Origin: Acidimicrobiales bacterium
GTDB lineage: Bacteria; Actinomycetota; Acidimicrobiia; Acidimicrobiales; JACCXE01
Length of the DNA: 64,000 nt
Direction of reading: 5' to 3'
NCBI GenBank assembly: GCA_035546775.1
Contig: DASZWD010000030.1
Location: 207,526-271,525, forward strand
Numbering within the stretch: position 1 is the stretch's first letter; every line of letters begins with the position of its first letter. The notes beneath the pieces are model-generated. The model saw only the letters and a program-made list of their open reading frames with translations, was not told the DNA's origin and ran no database searches. Below, piece after piece: positions 56,772 to 64,000 of this stretch. Made by a program: the position numbers and the translations under genes.

Positions 56772-56952
56772 GGGCCAGCGCTTCGAGGCGCTGGCGCACC
56801 TGCTCGAGCCGGGCGCTCGCCGCGGCGTGCAGTTGCTTGGCCTGCTCGAAGAGGTCGGCCGCGGCCTCGATCCCGGCCGTGCCGCTGGCGAGTTCGGCGG
56901 TGACGGCTTCGAGCCGCTCGACGATCTGTTCGTAGGTGAGGTCTTCGGTCAT
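56755..56952 (-). CDS. xseB: exodeoxyribonuclease VII small subunit
   Basis: 65 aa, MTEDLTYEQIVERLEAVTAELASG... ATGA overlap with xseA. Confidence 0.9.
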   Translation of the reverse strand: MTEDLTYEQIVERLEAVTAELASGTAGIEAAADLFEQAKQLHAAASARLEQVRQRLEALAPSDEA

Positions 56953-58160
56953 TCGTTGATGGCTTCCGTGACGTCGGCGGCAAAGGACCCGTGGGCGAGA
57001 CTGACACGCACCGCGTCGCCGCGCGCAATCTGCGACGCGTCGCGCACGACCGCGCCGGCGGCGTCGCGCACGACGGCGTACCCGCGCTCGAGGACGCGCA
57101 CCGGGTCGAGGGCCTCGAGCGTGGCGGTGAAGCCGAGCAGCTGGGCGTCGGCGGCCTTGACCCGCGACCGCGGGTGGGCGGCGTCGAGACGGTTGGCAGC
57201 GCGTTCGAGACGCAGCGCGGCGCCGTCGAGCCCGGCGCGCAGCGCCCGCGCCGGCGCCTCGCCGTCGAGGCGGGCCTCGGCCCGTGCCAGCAGGGCGAAG
57301 GCCGTTTCCGTCACCCGCAGCACCCAGGAGTCGAGTTCGTTGCGCAGCTCCGCCTCGGACGGGATCACCAGCGCCGCCGCGATCGACGGGGTGCCACAGC
57401 GATGGTCGGCGACGTCGTCGAGCAGCGGGCGGTCGCCGTCGTGGCCGATGGCCGACACCGTCGGCGTGGCGCAGGACGCGACGGTGCGGCACAGTTCCTC
57501 GTCGCTGAAGGGCAACAGTTCGGTGGCGTCGCCGCCGCCGCGGGCGATGACGATCACGTCGACCTCCGCGCGCCCGTCGAGGTCGAGCACGGCGTCGATG
57601 AGCGCGGCGGGCGCCGCGCCACCGGACACGAGCGACTGGCGGAACACGACGGGATAGCCGGCGAAGCGCGCCGACACGACCGACTCGATGTCCTTGCGCA
57701 CCGCCGCCTCTTGCCCACAGATGACGCCGACGACGCGCGGCAACAACGGCAAGGGCCGGCGGACCCGCTGGAGCACCCCCTCTTTTTCGAGGCGCTCGCG
57801 CGCCTCGGCGATGACCGCCGCCACCGCTCCCTCGCCGCGGGGGTCGACCGACTGCGCGTCGAGGCGCAACTCGCCGCGGGTCGTGTCCCAGTTGAGGGTG
57901 CCGACGACGCGCACCGCTTCGCCGTCCTGGATTTTGCAGTGCCGCACGTTGCGGGCGGCGACCGTCACGCTGATGCGGGCGTTGCGGTCGCGCAGGGTGA
58001 AGTAGCGGCGGGAGTTGTACGCCTTGGCGGAGTGCACCTCGCCGTCGACGGCGATACGCCCGATGGGCGACAGGCCCCGGCTGATCTCGCCCGCCAGCCG
58101 CACGAGCGACACGCGGCGCGGCTCGTTGCCGCTGCCAGCCGAGGTGTCGAAAAGGGTCAC
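56949..58160 (-). CDS. xseA: exodeoxyribonuclease VII large subunit
   Basis: 403 aa. N-terminal OB-fold region, VIVIARGGGD, SAIGHDGD. Confidence 0.93.
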   Translation of the reverse strand: MTLFDTSAGSGNEPRRVSLVRLAGEISRGLSPIGRIAVDGEVHSAKAYNSRRYFTLRDRNARISVTVAARNVRHCKIQDGEAVRVVGTLNWDTTRGELRLDAQSVDPRGEGAVAAVIAEARERLEKEGVLQRVRRPLPLLPRVVGVICGQEAAVRKDIESVVSARFAGYPVVFRQSLVSGGAAPAALIDAVLDLDGRAEVDVIVIARGGGDATELLPFSDEELCRTVASCATPTVSAIGHDGDRPLLDDVADHRCGTPSIAAALVIPSEAELRNELDSWVLRVTETAFALLARAEARLDGEAPARALRAGLDGAALRLERAANRLDAAHPRSRVKAADAQLLGFTATLEALDPVRVLERGYAVVRDAAGAVVRDASQIARGDAVRVSLAHGSFAADVTEAINE

Positions 58161-58246
58161 TTTGTCAGCGCCCTTCGGGCGCGACCCGTGACCGGGTCAC
58201 AGTTTTCCTATGGATTCGCTCGCAAGCTCGCTCATCAACGACGAGG

Positions 58247-59203
58247 CTACTGAGGGGCTGTGACGCGTTCGCGCGACGAGAGCGCCTTCCACAGCGCGAA
58301 GTAGCTCGGATACTCGAGCCCTTCCGGGACCCAACCCGACGCCACCAGCTCGCGATGAAACGCCGGCAGGTGACGGAACGGCACGCCGATGTCGACGTGG
58401 TGGGCGAGGTGCCAGCCCGTCTTGTACGGCGCGATCCAGAAGCGGGCCCAGAACCCCTGCTTGACGTGGTGCGTCGTCTGCCGGCGGTCATCGGACCGGG
58501 TCATGCCGCCGTGCTCGGCGATGGCGCGCAGACGATTGAGCACCCGCCACACCGTTATCCACGGCGCCACCCAGAGGAACAGGAACAGCCACGGGTGTCC
58601 GGCCAGCGCGAACAGCCCGAAGATGACGAGTTGCTCGAGCAGGATCGTGCGGGCGACGGTCGGCTTGCGCGCCGCCTTGAGCAGACCCTTGAGCGACTTC
58701 CACCCCGAGTTGCCGAAGGCGTCGCGGGTGAGCTTGCGCCGCAGCGAGTCGCGGGAGATGGGATAGCCCGAGTAGAGGTTCATGTCGGGCTCTTCGGGCC
58801 CGAACTCGTCGCGATGGTGCGCCATGTGCGCGCGGCGGTACAGGTCGATGGGCGTGAACGCGGGATAGGCGAGGAACCAGCGGCCGACGAAGTCGTTGAC
58901 CGCCTTCTTGGAGAACAGCAGGCGGTGGGCCGCCTCGTGGCCGAGGATGTTGAGCAGGGCGAACCCGCGGCCGCACAGCAGGAACGCCGCGGCCCACATC
59001 AGCGGGTTGTTCAGCCGGATGGCGAGGTAGATCGGCCCGACGATCTGCACCCAGCAGAACACGACGGTGAACGCGTTCGCCAGATTCGGGATCTTGCGCA
59101 GTGGCTCGCGCACGGCGGGGACGGCTTTGCCCGACGCGGTGAGCCGATCCGTCGGCAGCACGTCGGGCAGCAAGTCGGCGGGCGGCAGCATCGTCGTAGC
59201 CAT
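58247..59203 (-). CDS. membrane fatty-acid desaturase family protein
   Basis: 318 aa. His boxes HEAAHRL, HMAHHRDE, HHVD. Confidence 0.85.
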   Translation of the reverse strand: MATTMLPPADLLPDVLPTDRLTASGKAVPAVREPLRKIPNLANAFTVVFCWVQIVGPIYLAIRLNNPLMWAAAFLLCGRGFALLNILGHEAAHRLLFSKKAVNDFVGRWFLAYPAFTPIDLYRRAHMAHHRDEFGPEEPDMNLYSGYPISRDSLRRKLTRDAFGNSGWKSLKGLLKAARKPTVARTILLEQLVIFGLFALAGHPWLFLFLWVAPWITVWRVLNRLRAIAEHGGMTRSDDRRQTTHHVKQGFWARFWIAPYKTGWHLAHHVDIGVPFRHLPAFHRELVASGWVPEGLEYPSYFALWKALSSRERVTAPQ

Positions 59204-59214
59204 GGGACCACCAT

Positions 59215-59250
59215 GTTACGTTTCTTGCACAGATGTCGCAAGCACGTAAC
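59215..59250. promoter_or_regulatory. imperfect inverted repeat GTTACGT-tt-CTTGC-9 nt-GCAAG-c-ACGTAAC in the 29-bp divergent intergenic region, covering the regulator start codon
   Basis: Read directly. ATG 59233-59235 lies in the loop. Confidence 0.5.
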
Positions 59251-59991
59251 ACGCTGGTGCGGCCGCTTACGGCCCGATCGGTCATCGCGTCGACCCTGCT
59301 CGGCATCAACCCGCCGCGGCTGTCGGCCGCCGCCCTCGTCGCCTCCGGCGAGCAGTACGGCGTCGCCGCGGGCACGACGCGCGTCGCGTTGTCGCGCATG
59401 GTCGACGCCGGCGAGTTGGTCGCCGTCGACTCCGGCTACGCGCTCGCCGGGCCGTTGCTGGAACGCCACGCCCGCCAGGAACAGGGGCGCCACCCGCGCA
59501 CGACGGCGTGGAAGGGCGCGTGGCGTATCGGGGTCGTGCGGGCGGTGACCCGCGACGCGCGCGCCCGCGCCGCGTTACGCCGCGCGATGACGCAGCAGCG
59601 GCTGGCGGAACTGCGGGCCGGCGTGTGGATACGACCGGACAATCTCCCGGCATCCGCGGCGCACGCTGAGTGTGTGTGGTTCACGGGCGAGCCCGACGAC
59701 GCGATCGACGTCGACGCGTTGTTCGGCGTGCCGGAGTGGGCCGAGGTCGCCGGCGAACTCCTCGAAGAGCTGGCGGCGACCGCCCCACGGTTGCGTGACC
59801 GCGATCCCGACGCGCTCGCGGAGACGTTCGTCATCGCCGCGGCCACGACGCGTCACCTCACCCTCGACCCGCTCCTCCCCCGCCAACTACTGCCCGACGA
59901 CTGGCCGGGCGACGAATTGCGCCGCACGTACGACGCGTACCAGTCCGACTTCGCCGCTACCTGGCGGCAGTGGTTCCGCAGCCTCGGCTAG
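59233..59991 (+). CDS. PaaX-like winged-helix transcriptional regulator
   Basis: 252 aa. N-terminal RPLTARSVIASTLLG...GTTRVALSRMV pattern and a PaaX_C-like helical C-terminus. Confidence 0.55.
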   Translation: MSQARNTLVRPLTARSVIASTLLGINPPRLSAAALVASGEQYGVAAGTTRVALSRMVDAGELVAVDSGYALAGPLLERHARQEQGRHPRTTAWKGAWRIGVVRAVTRDARARAALRRAMTQQRLAELRAGVWIRPDNLPASAAHAECVWFTGEPDDAIDVDALFGVPEWAEVAGELLEELAATAPRLRDRDPDALAETFVIAAATTRHLTLDPLLPRQLLPDDWPGDELRRTYDAYQSDFAATWRQWFRSLG

Positions 59992-60461
59992 TACGTGCCG
60001 CCGAGCTTGCGGTGATCCCACGACGCGACGTGCTCGCGACGCATCCGCAGCGCAACCCGCTTGGTGGCCTGGTCCTCGAGGAAGCGCTCGACGCCGCCGC
60101 CGGTGTCGGCCGGCCGCGTGATGCCGAGGTAGCGCTCCTGGAGCGACCAGCCGAGCTCCTTGACGTACTCCGGATCGTCGACGATCTCGACGGTGCCGGC
60201 GAGTTCGACGCCGCGCAGCTCGGCGTAGTCGTCGCCGTCTTCGACCATCCACGTGGCGCGCGGGTCGCGCTGGACGTTGAGCACCTTCTGCGCTTTGCGA
60301 AACGACCACATCGCCAGGTCGCCGCCCACGAAGCCGTACCACATGGCAACGAGGTGGATTCGCCCGGTCGGAGCGATTGACGCGCACGACATCGTGTGGC
60401 GCTCGTGTAGGAACGCGTCGACCTCGGCGTCGCTCATGCGCACGACGTCGCGGCGCTTCAC
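59988..60461 (-). CDS. pyridoxamine 5'-phosphate oxidase (PPOX)-fold flavin/F420-binding protein
   Basis: 157 aa. Split-barrel pattern GRIHLVAMWY, LRGVELAGT. Confidence 0.7.
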   Translation of the reverse strand: MKRRDVVRMSDAEVDAFLHERHTMSCASIAPTGRIHLVAMWYGFVGGDLAMWSFRKAQKVLNVQRDPRATWMVEDGDDYAELRGVELAGTVEIVDDPEYVKELGWSLQERYLGITRPADTGGGVERFLEDQATKRVALRMRREHVASWDHRKLGGTY

Positions 60462-61573
60462 AGCGTCGGGCCGCCCGCCGCCACCATCTCGTACTCGTCG
60501 CGAATCATCATCTGGGCGGGCAACACGGCGGCGAACAGTTCGTCACCTGACTTGTCGAAGTCGATCGCGGCGTCGCGGCTCGCTTCGTAGATCGGGCTGA
60601 GCTGGCGCCACAGCGCGTCGTCGTACTTGTCGAGCGCGTCGCCGTGGATCGCTTGGGCCAGCAACTCGGCGCCGACGAACGAGTCGGTGATGCCGTGGCC
60701 GAGCAGTGGGTCCTTGGTGCACGCCGCGTCCCCCACGAGCGCCCACCCGGGTCCCGCGGCGCGGCGGAAGAACCCGGTCATGAGCTCCCCGAAACGCCAG
60801 CGGCCGTCGCGGGTCGCCTTCTCGACGCGCGCCAGCAGGTCGGGGTCGTGCGCCATGCGCTCGAGGAAGACCTTTTCCGGATCGGCGTGGATCTCGGCGT
60901 TGCGGGAGTTCGTGATCTCGGTGCCGACGCACGCGCTCTTCGGACCCGTCGGGAAGGCGAACAGGAAACCGCCGTCCATGAACCCCGCCGCTTCCGACGT
61001 GTACTCGAAATCGTCGAAGTAGGCGAAGAGGCCGTCGCCGTAGATGCGGTGCTCGTCGCGCACCGCCGGCTCGACGCTGCGGGCGACCACGCTGGTGCGC
61101 CCGTCGGCCCCGACGACGATGTTGGCTGCTTCCTCGGTGGCGTTGCCCGCGGCGTCGCGCAGCCGCACCCCGGTGACTCGACCGTCATCGCCGCGCATGA
61201 CCTCGGTGACGGTGGTCTGCATGCGGACCTCCGCGCCGGCCTCGACGGCCATGTCGCGCAGCACGGTGTCGAGATCGGTGCGCCGCGGGGAGCACACCGG
61301 CAGCGGGCCGAACACCTCGCTGGTGTTCATGACGTTGCCGGCGATGTTGAGCAGGATGTGGTCGAAGAAGGGCACGCCGCGCTCCTCGAGGCGCGGGGTG
61401 ACCCCCCATCGCTCGAGCAGCGCGGTGCCCGGGGCCGTGACGAAGTGCGTCGAGAAGGTGTCGGAAGGGAACTCGGCGCGGTCCACGACGAGCACGGAAT
61501 GGCCCTGGCGCGCCAGCAGCATGGCGGTCGCCGAACCGGCGCAGCGGGCGCCGACGATGATGGCGTCGTACAT
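60458..61573 (-). CDS. FAD-dependent oxidoreductase (geranylgeranyl-reductase/aromatic-ring hydroxylase-like)
   Basis: Rossmann motif YDAIIVGARCAGSATAMLLARQGHSVLVVD. GD motif LVGDAA. Start at ATG 61573 (the ORF track start at 61600 is possible). Confidence 0.85.
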   Translation of the reverse strand: MYDAIIVGARCAGSATAMLLARQGHSVLVVDRAEFPSDTFSTHFVTAPGTALLERWGVTPRLEERGVPFFDHILLNIAGNVMNTSEVFGPLPVCSPRRTDLDTVLRDMAVEAGAEVRMQTTVTEVMRGDDGRVTGVRLRDAAGNATEEAANIVVGADGRTSVVARSVEPAVRDEHRIYGDGLFAYFDDFEYTSEAAGFMDGGFLFAFPTGPKSACVGTEITNSRNAEIHADPEKVFLERMAHDPDLLARVEKATRDGRWRFGELMTGFFRRAAGPGWALVGDAACTKDPLLGHGITDSFVGAELLAQAIHGDALDKYDDALWRQLSPIYEASRDAAIDFDKSGDELFAAVLPAQMMIRDEYEMVAAGGPTL

Positions 61574-61680
61574 GTCGGGGACGATACGACGCGCGCGCAC
61601 GCCCTGCCCTCGCCACCGCCGGCAGGACTAGTCACATCGGGTGGTGAACCAATCGCCCACACGAGCTATCGCTCACAAAT

Positions 61681-61690
61681 CGGATAATCC
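61681..61690 (+). promoter_or_regulatory. CGGATAATCC element 17 nt upstream of the acyltransferase start (same 9-mer as the 47909-47932 repeats)
   Basis: Read directly. Contains a GATAAT -10-like hexamer. Confidence 0.4.
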
Positions 61691-61706
61691 GTAGCATCGG
61701 CGCACA

Positions 61707-63824
61707 GTGAATCGTTCCACCCTGCGCGCCGACATTCAGGGGCTCCGCGCGCTGGCGGCGTCGCTGGTCGTCGCGGCCCATGTGTTCGGTGTGCCCGCCG
61801 GCGGATTCGTCGGCGTCGACGTGTTCTTCGTCATCTCCGGCTTCCTCATCACCGGCCTGCTGCTGCGCGAGAAGGACATCACCGGGCGCGTGTCTCTGCG
61901 CAACTTCTATCTCCGACGTGCCCGGCGCATCCTGCCCGTCGCCCTCATCGTCCTCGTTGCGACCAACGTCGCGGCACGGGCGATCTTCATCGGCGCCCGC
62001 GTGCACCAGACCTTCGTCGACTCACTATGGGCGTTCGTCTTCGCCGGCAACCTCCACTTCGCCCAGCTCGGCACGAGCTACTTCGACGCGCAACGGCCGC
62101 ACTCCGCGTTGTTGCACTTCTGGTCACTGGCGGTCGAGGAGCAGTTCTACGTGGTGTGGCCGTGCCTGCTGCTGTTGGCGCTCGTCGTGACGCGACGACG
62201 CGCTCCGGTCGTGGTCGGCGTCGTGGCGTCCGTCGTGATCGTGTGCTCGTTCGCGTTCGCCCTGCAGAAGACGGCGTCCAACGCCGCCGCGAGTTACTTC
62301 CTCCCGACGACACGCGCGTGGGAACTCGCCCTCGGCGCGCTCACCGCGACGGTGGTCGCCTCGCGCCGCCGCGTCGCAGCATCCGTCGCCGCACCGATGG
62401 CGTGGATCGGCCTCGGCGTCATCGTCGTGTCGGCCTTCGTCATCGACGCCTCGACGCCGTTCCCCGGCCTCGCCACCGTCGCGCCCGTGGTGGCGACCGC
62501 GGTCGTCCTCGGCGTCGGCGACGTCGCCAACGGGCTCGGCGCGCGCTGGGCCTTCGGCGCGCGGCCCTGGCAGTTCCTCGGCGGTGCCTCGTATTCGTTG
62601 TACCTGTGGCACTGGCCGGCGCTGATCTTCGCCGAGGCGTACTACGGCAAGGGCACGGCGACGGCGCGGGCGGTCGCGCTCAGCGCTGGACTCGGCCTGA
62701 CCGCGTTCACGTACCTGCTCGTCGAGCGGCCGGTGCACGTCGCCCGCCACATACGGCCCCTCGTGCTGGCACCCACTGCTCTCGCCCTGTCGGCCACGAC
62801 CGTGCTGATGGCGGGCACCGCCGTCCCCCTGACGCCCGCGGTCGCCCACATCGCGGCGTCGACGGCCCTAGGCCCTCCGCCGACCACGACGACGAGCACC
62901 ACCACGGAGCGGGCGCCAGCCACCGCGCCGGCGACGACGCAGACAACCCGGCGCGTCGCCCGCACCACGACGACGGCACCGCCCGACGACGCCGCTGTGC
63001 TGCGCGACCTCGTCCGTGTATCGACACAGGCAACCACATGGGGTCCGCTCGATCCGTCGCTCGACTCGTTGCCGAACGCTGGGGCGCCGGAGTGGATCGT
63101 CGACAAGTGCCTCAACGTCGACGCCGCGAACAAGTCGAAATGCGTCTACGGCAACCCGCAGGCGCGGCACCTCGCGATGCTCCTCGGTGACAGCATCGCT
63201 GTCAGCTACCTCCCGGGATTGCGCAACGCGCTGCCGCCGGACTGGGAGATCCAGGTGCTCACGATGAGCTTGTGCCCGATGGTCGACGCGCCGACCCGGC
63301 AATACATGAACTCGCAGTCGGCTGACACGCGCTGCGCCGAGCATCAGCAGTGGGTGCACGAGCAGGTCGAAGCGGCGCGGCCTGACCTCATCATCATGGC
63401 GAACGCGATCTCCTCCGCGAACCGGCTCGTCGATCACGGCGAGAAGGACAGCGCCGACAACGCCTCGCGCTGGCACGACGCGTTCGACCGCGAGTTGGCG
63501 CGGCTTTCGCCCCTCACCTACCGCATCGTGGTCATGGGCAGTCCGACGGGCACGGGAAACCTCCAGGAGTGCGCCACCAGCAACAGCACGCCGCGGGATT
63601 GCGCCATCGACCTCTACCCGTTCTGGGGAATGATCCGCGACGCCGAGCGCTCCGCCGCCGCTGACCACGGTGCGACCTACATCGACCCGCTCGGGTGGAT
63701 TTGCTACGACGGCGTGTGTCCCGCCGTGATCGGCACGACGCCGGTCAACTGGGACGGCAACCACTTCACCGCCGCGTTCTCGCGGCGGCTGGCGCCGGTG
63801 CTGGCGCCGTACTTCAAGGGTTAG
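61707..63824 (+). CDS. OafA/YrhL-type acyltransferase-3 membrane protein fused to SGNH domain
   Basis: 705 aa. RADIQGLRALAASLVVAAH, FWSLAVEEQFY, about 10 TM helices, Thr/Pro-rich linker, C-terminal SGNH-like LLGDSIA...GNHF. Confidence 0.88.
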   Translation: MNRSTLRADIQGLRALAASLVVAAHVFGVPAGGFVGVDVFFVISGFLITGLLLREKDITGRVSLRNFYLRRARRILPVALIVLVATNVAARAIFIGARVHQTFVDSLWAFVFAGNLHFAQLGTSYFDAQRPHSALLHFWSLAVEEQFYVVWPCLLLLALVVTRRRAPVVVGVVASVVIVCSFAFALQKTASNAAASYFLPTTRAWELALGALTATVVASRRRVAASVAAPMAWIGLGVIVVSAFVIDASTPFPGLATVAPVVATAVVLGVGDVANGLGARWAFGARPWQFLGGASYSLYLWHWPALIFAEAYYGKGTATARAVALSAGLGLTAFTYLLVERPVHVARHIRPLVLAPTALALSATTVLMAGTAVPLTPAVAHIAASTALGPPPTTTTSTTTERAPATAPATTQTTRRVARTTTTAPPDDAAVLRDLVRVSTQATTWGPLDPSLDSLPNAGAPEWIVDKCLNVDAANKSKCVYGNPQARHLAMLLGDSIAVSYLPGLRNALPPDWEIQVLTMSLCPMVDAPTRQYMNSQSADTRCAEHQQWVHEQVEAARPDLIIMANAISSANRLVDHGEKDSADNASRWHDAFDRELARLSPLTYRIVVMGSPTGTGNLQECATSNSTPRDCAIDLYPFWGMIRDAERSAAADHGATYIDPLGWICYDGVCPAVIGTTPVNWDGNHFTAAFSRRLAPVLAPYFKG

Positions 63825-63825
63825 T

Positions 63826-64000
63826 CACGACGCGTCGTAGGCGGCGTCACCTGTTTGCACGCGCCAGAGCGCGGCATAGAGACCGCCGAGGTCGAGCAGT
63901 TCCTCGTGGGTGCCGGCTTCGATGACGCGGCCCGCTTCGAGGACGTGGATGCGGTGGGCGTGACGGACCGTCGACAATCGGTGCGCGATGACGATCGTGG
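63826..64000 (-). CDS. ABC transporter ATP-binding protein, C-terminal end only (5' part outside window)
   Basis: Hand-translated as ..[57 protein letters not shown]. This shows the H-loop and the C-terminus of MsbA-type exporters. Confidence 0.8.

Noticed and set aside
58168-58200. Two short hairpins (GCGCCC-TTC-GGGCGC and GTGAC-CGG-GTCAC followed by AGTTTTCC) between the desaturase stop and the xseA start
   Set aside because: The T-run is on the plus strand, where no gene ends. On the coding (minus) strand there is no U tract. The stems are short, so at best this is a weak attenuator and is not called.

Overview
Visibly high-GC, almost fully coding chromosomal segment of actinobacterial type. 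It carries the small basic bS22 ribosomal protein gene. From memory, the gene order matches the Mycobacterium metS-tatD-rpfB-ksgA-ispE ... glmU-prs-rplY-pth-mfd-mazG-eno-ftsB-DUF501-ppx neighbourhood. I call about 67 CDS, one tRNA-Gln(UUG), several stem-loops or inverted repeats and a few coding low-complexity repeats. No rRNA, CRISPR array, transposase or integrase was seen. Most of the window is housekeeping. The parts that stand out are listed here.

1. A self-contained nine-gene chemosensory operon at 7.3-15.9 kb. Its only receptor is a soluble double-PAS (Aer2-like FHKxPxxQR/W motif) + GAF + HAMP MCP, and it has two CheY and two CheX-fold genes.
2. A glmU that stops inside the left-handed beta-helix. 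It is separated by a single in-frame TAG from a subtilisin/FG-GAP gene whose signal peptide has no canonical start codon.
3. An HTH + LAGLIDADG-like ORF whose last 15 nt are the first 15 nt of tRNA-Gln.
4. A DUF1707/LiaF-like/class III cyclase fusion wedged into the eno-ftsB-DUF501-ppx operon.
5. Three tandem double-GNAT paralogues next to nudC.
6. Three inverted repeats that bury start codons.

Everything is from reading the sequence and the ORF track. No searches were run, so family names come from motif recognition and start codons are inferred, mostly from GTGA/ATGA stop-start overlaps. Many long ORFs in the track are antisense artefacts of high GC and were rejected.
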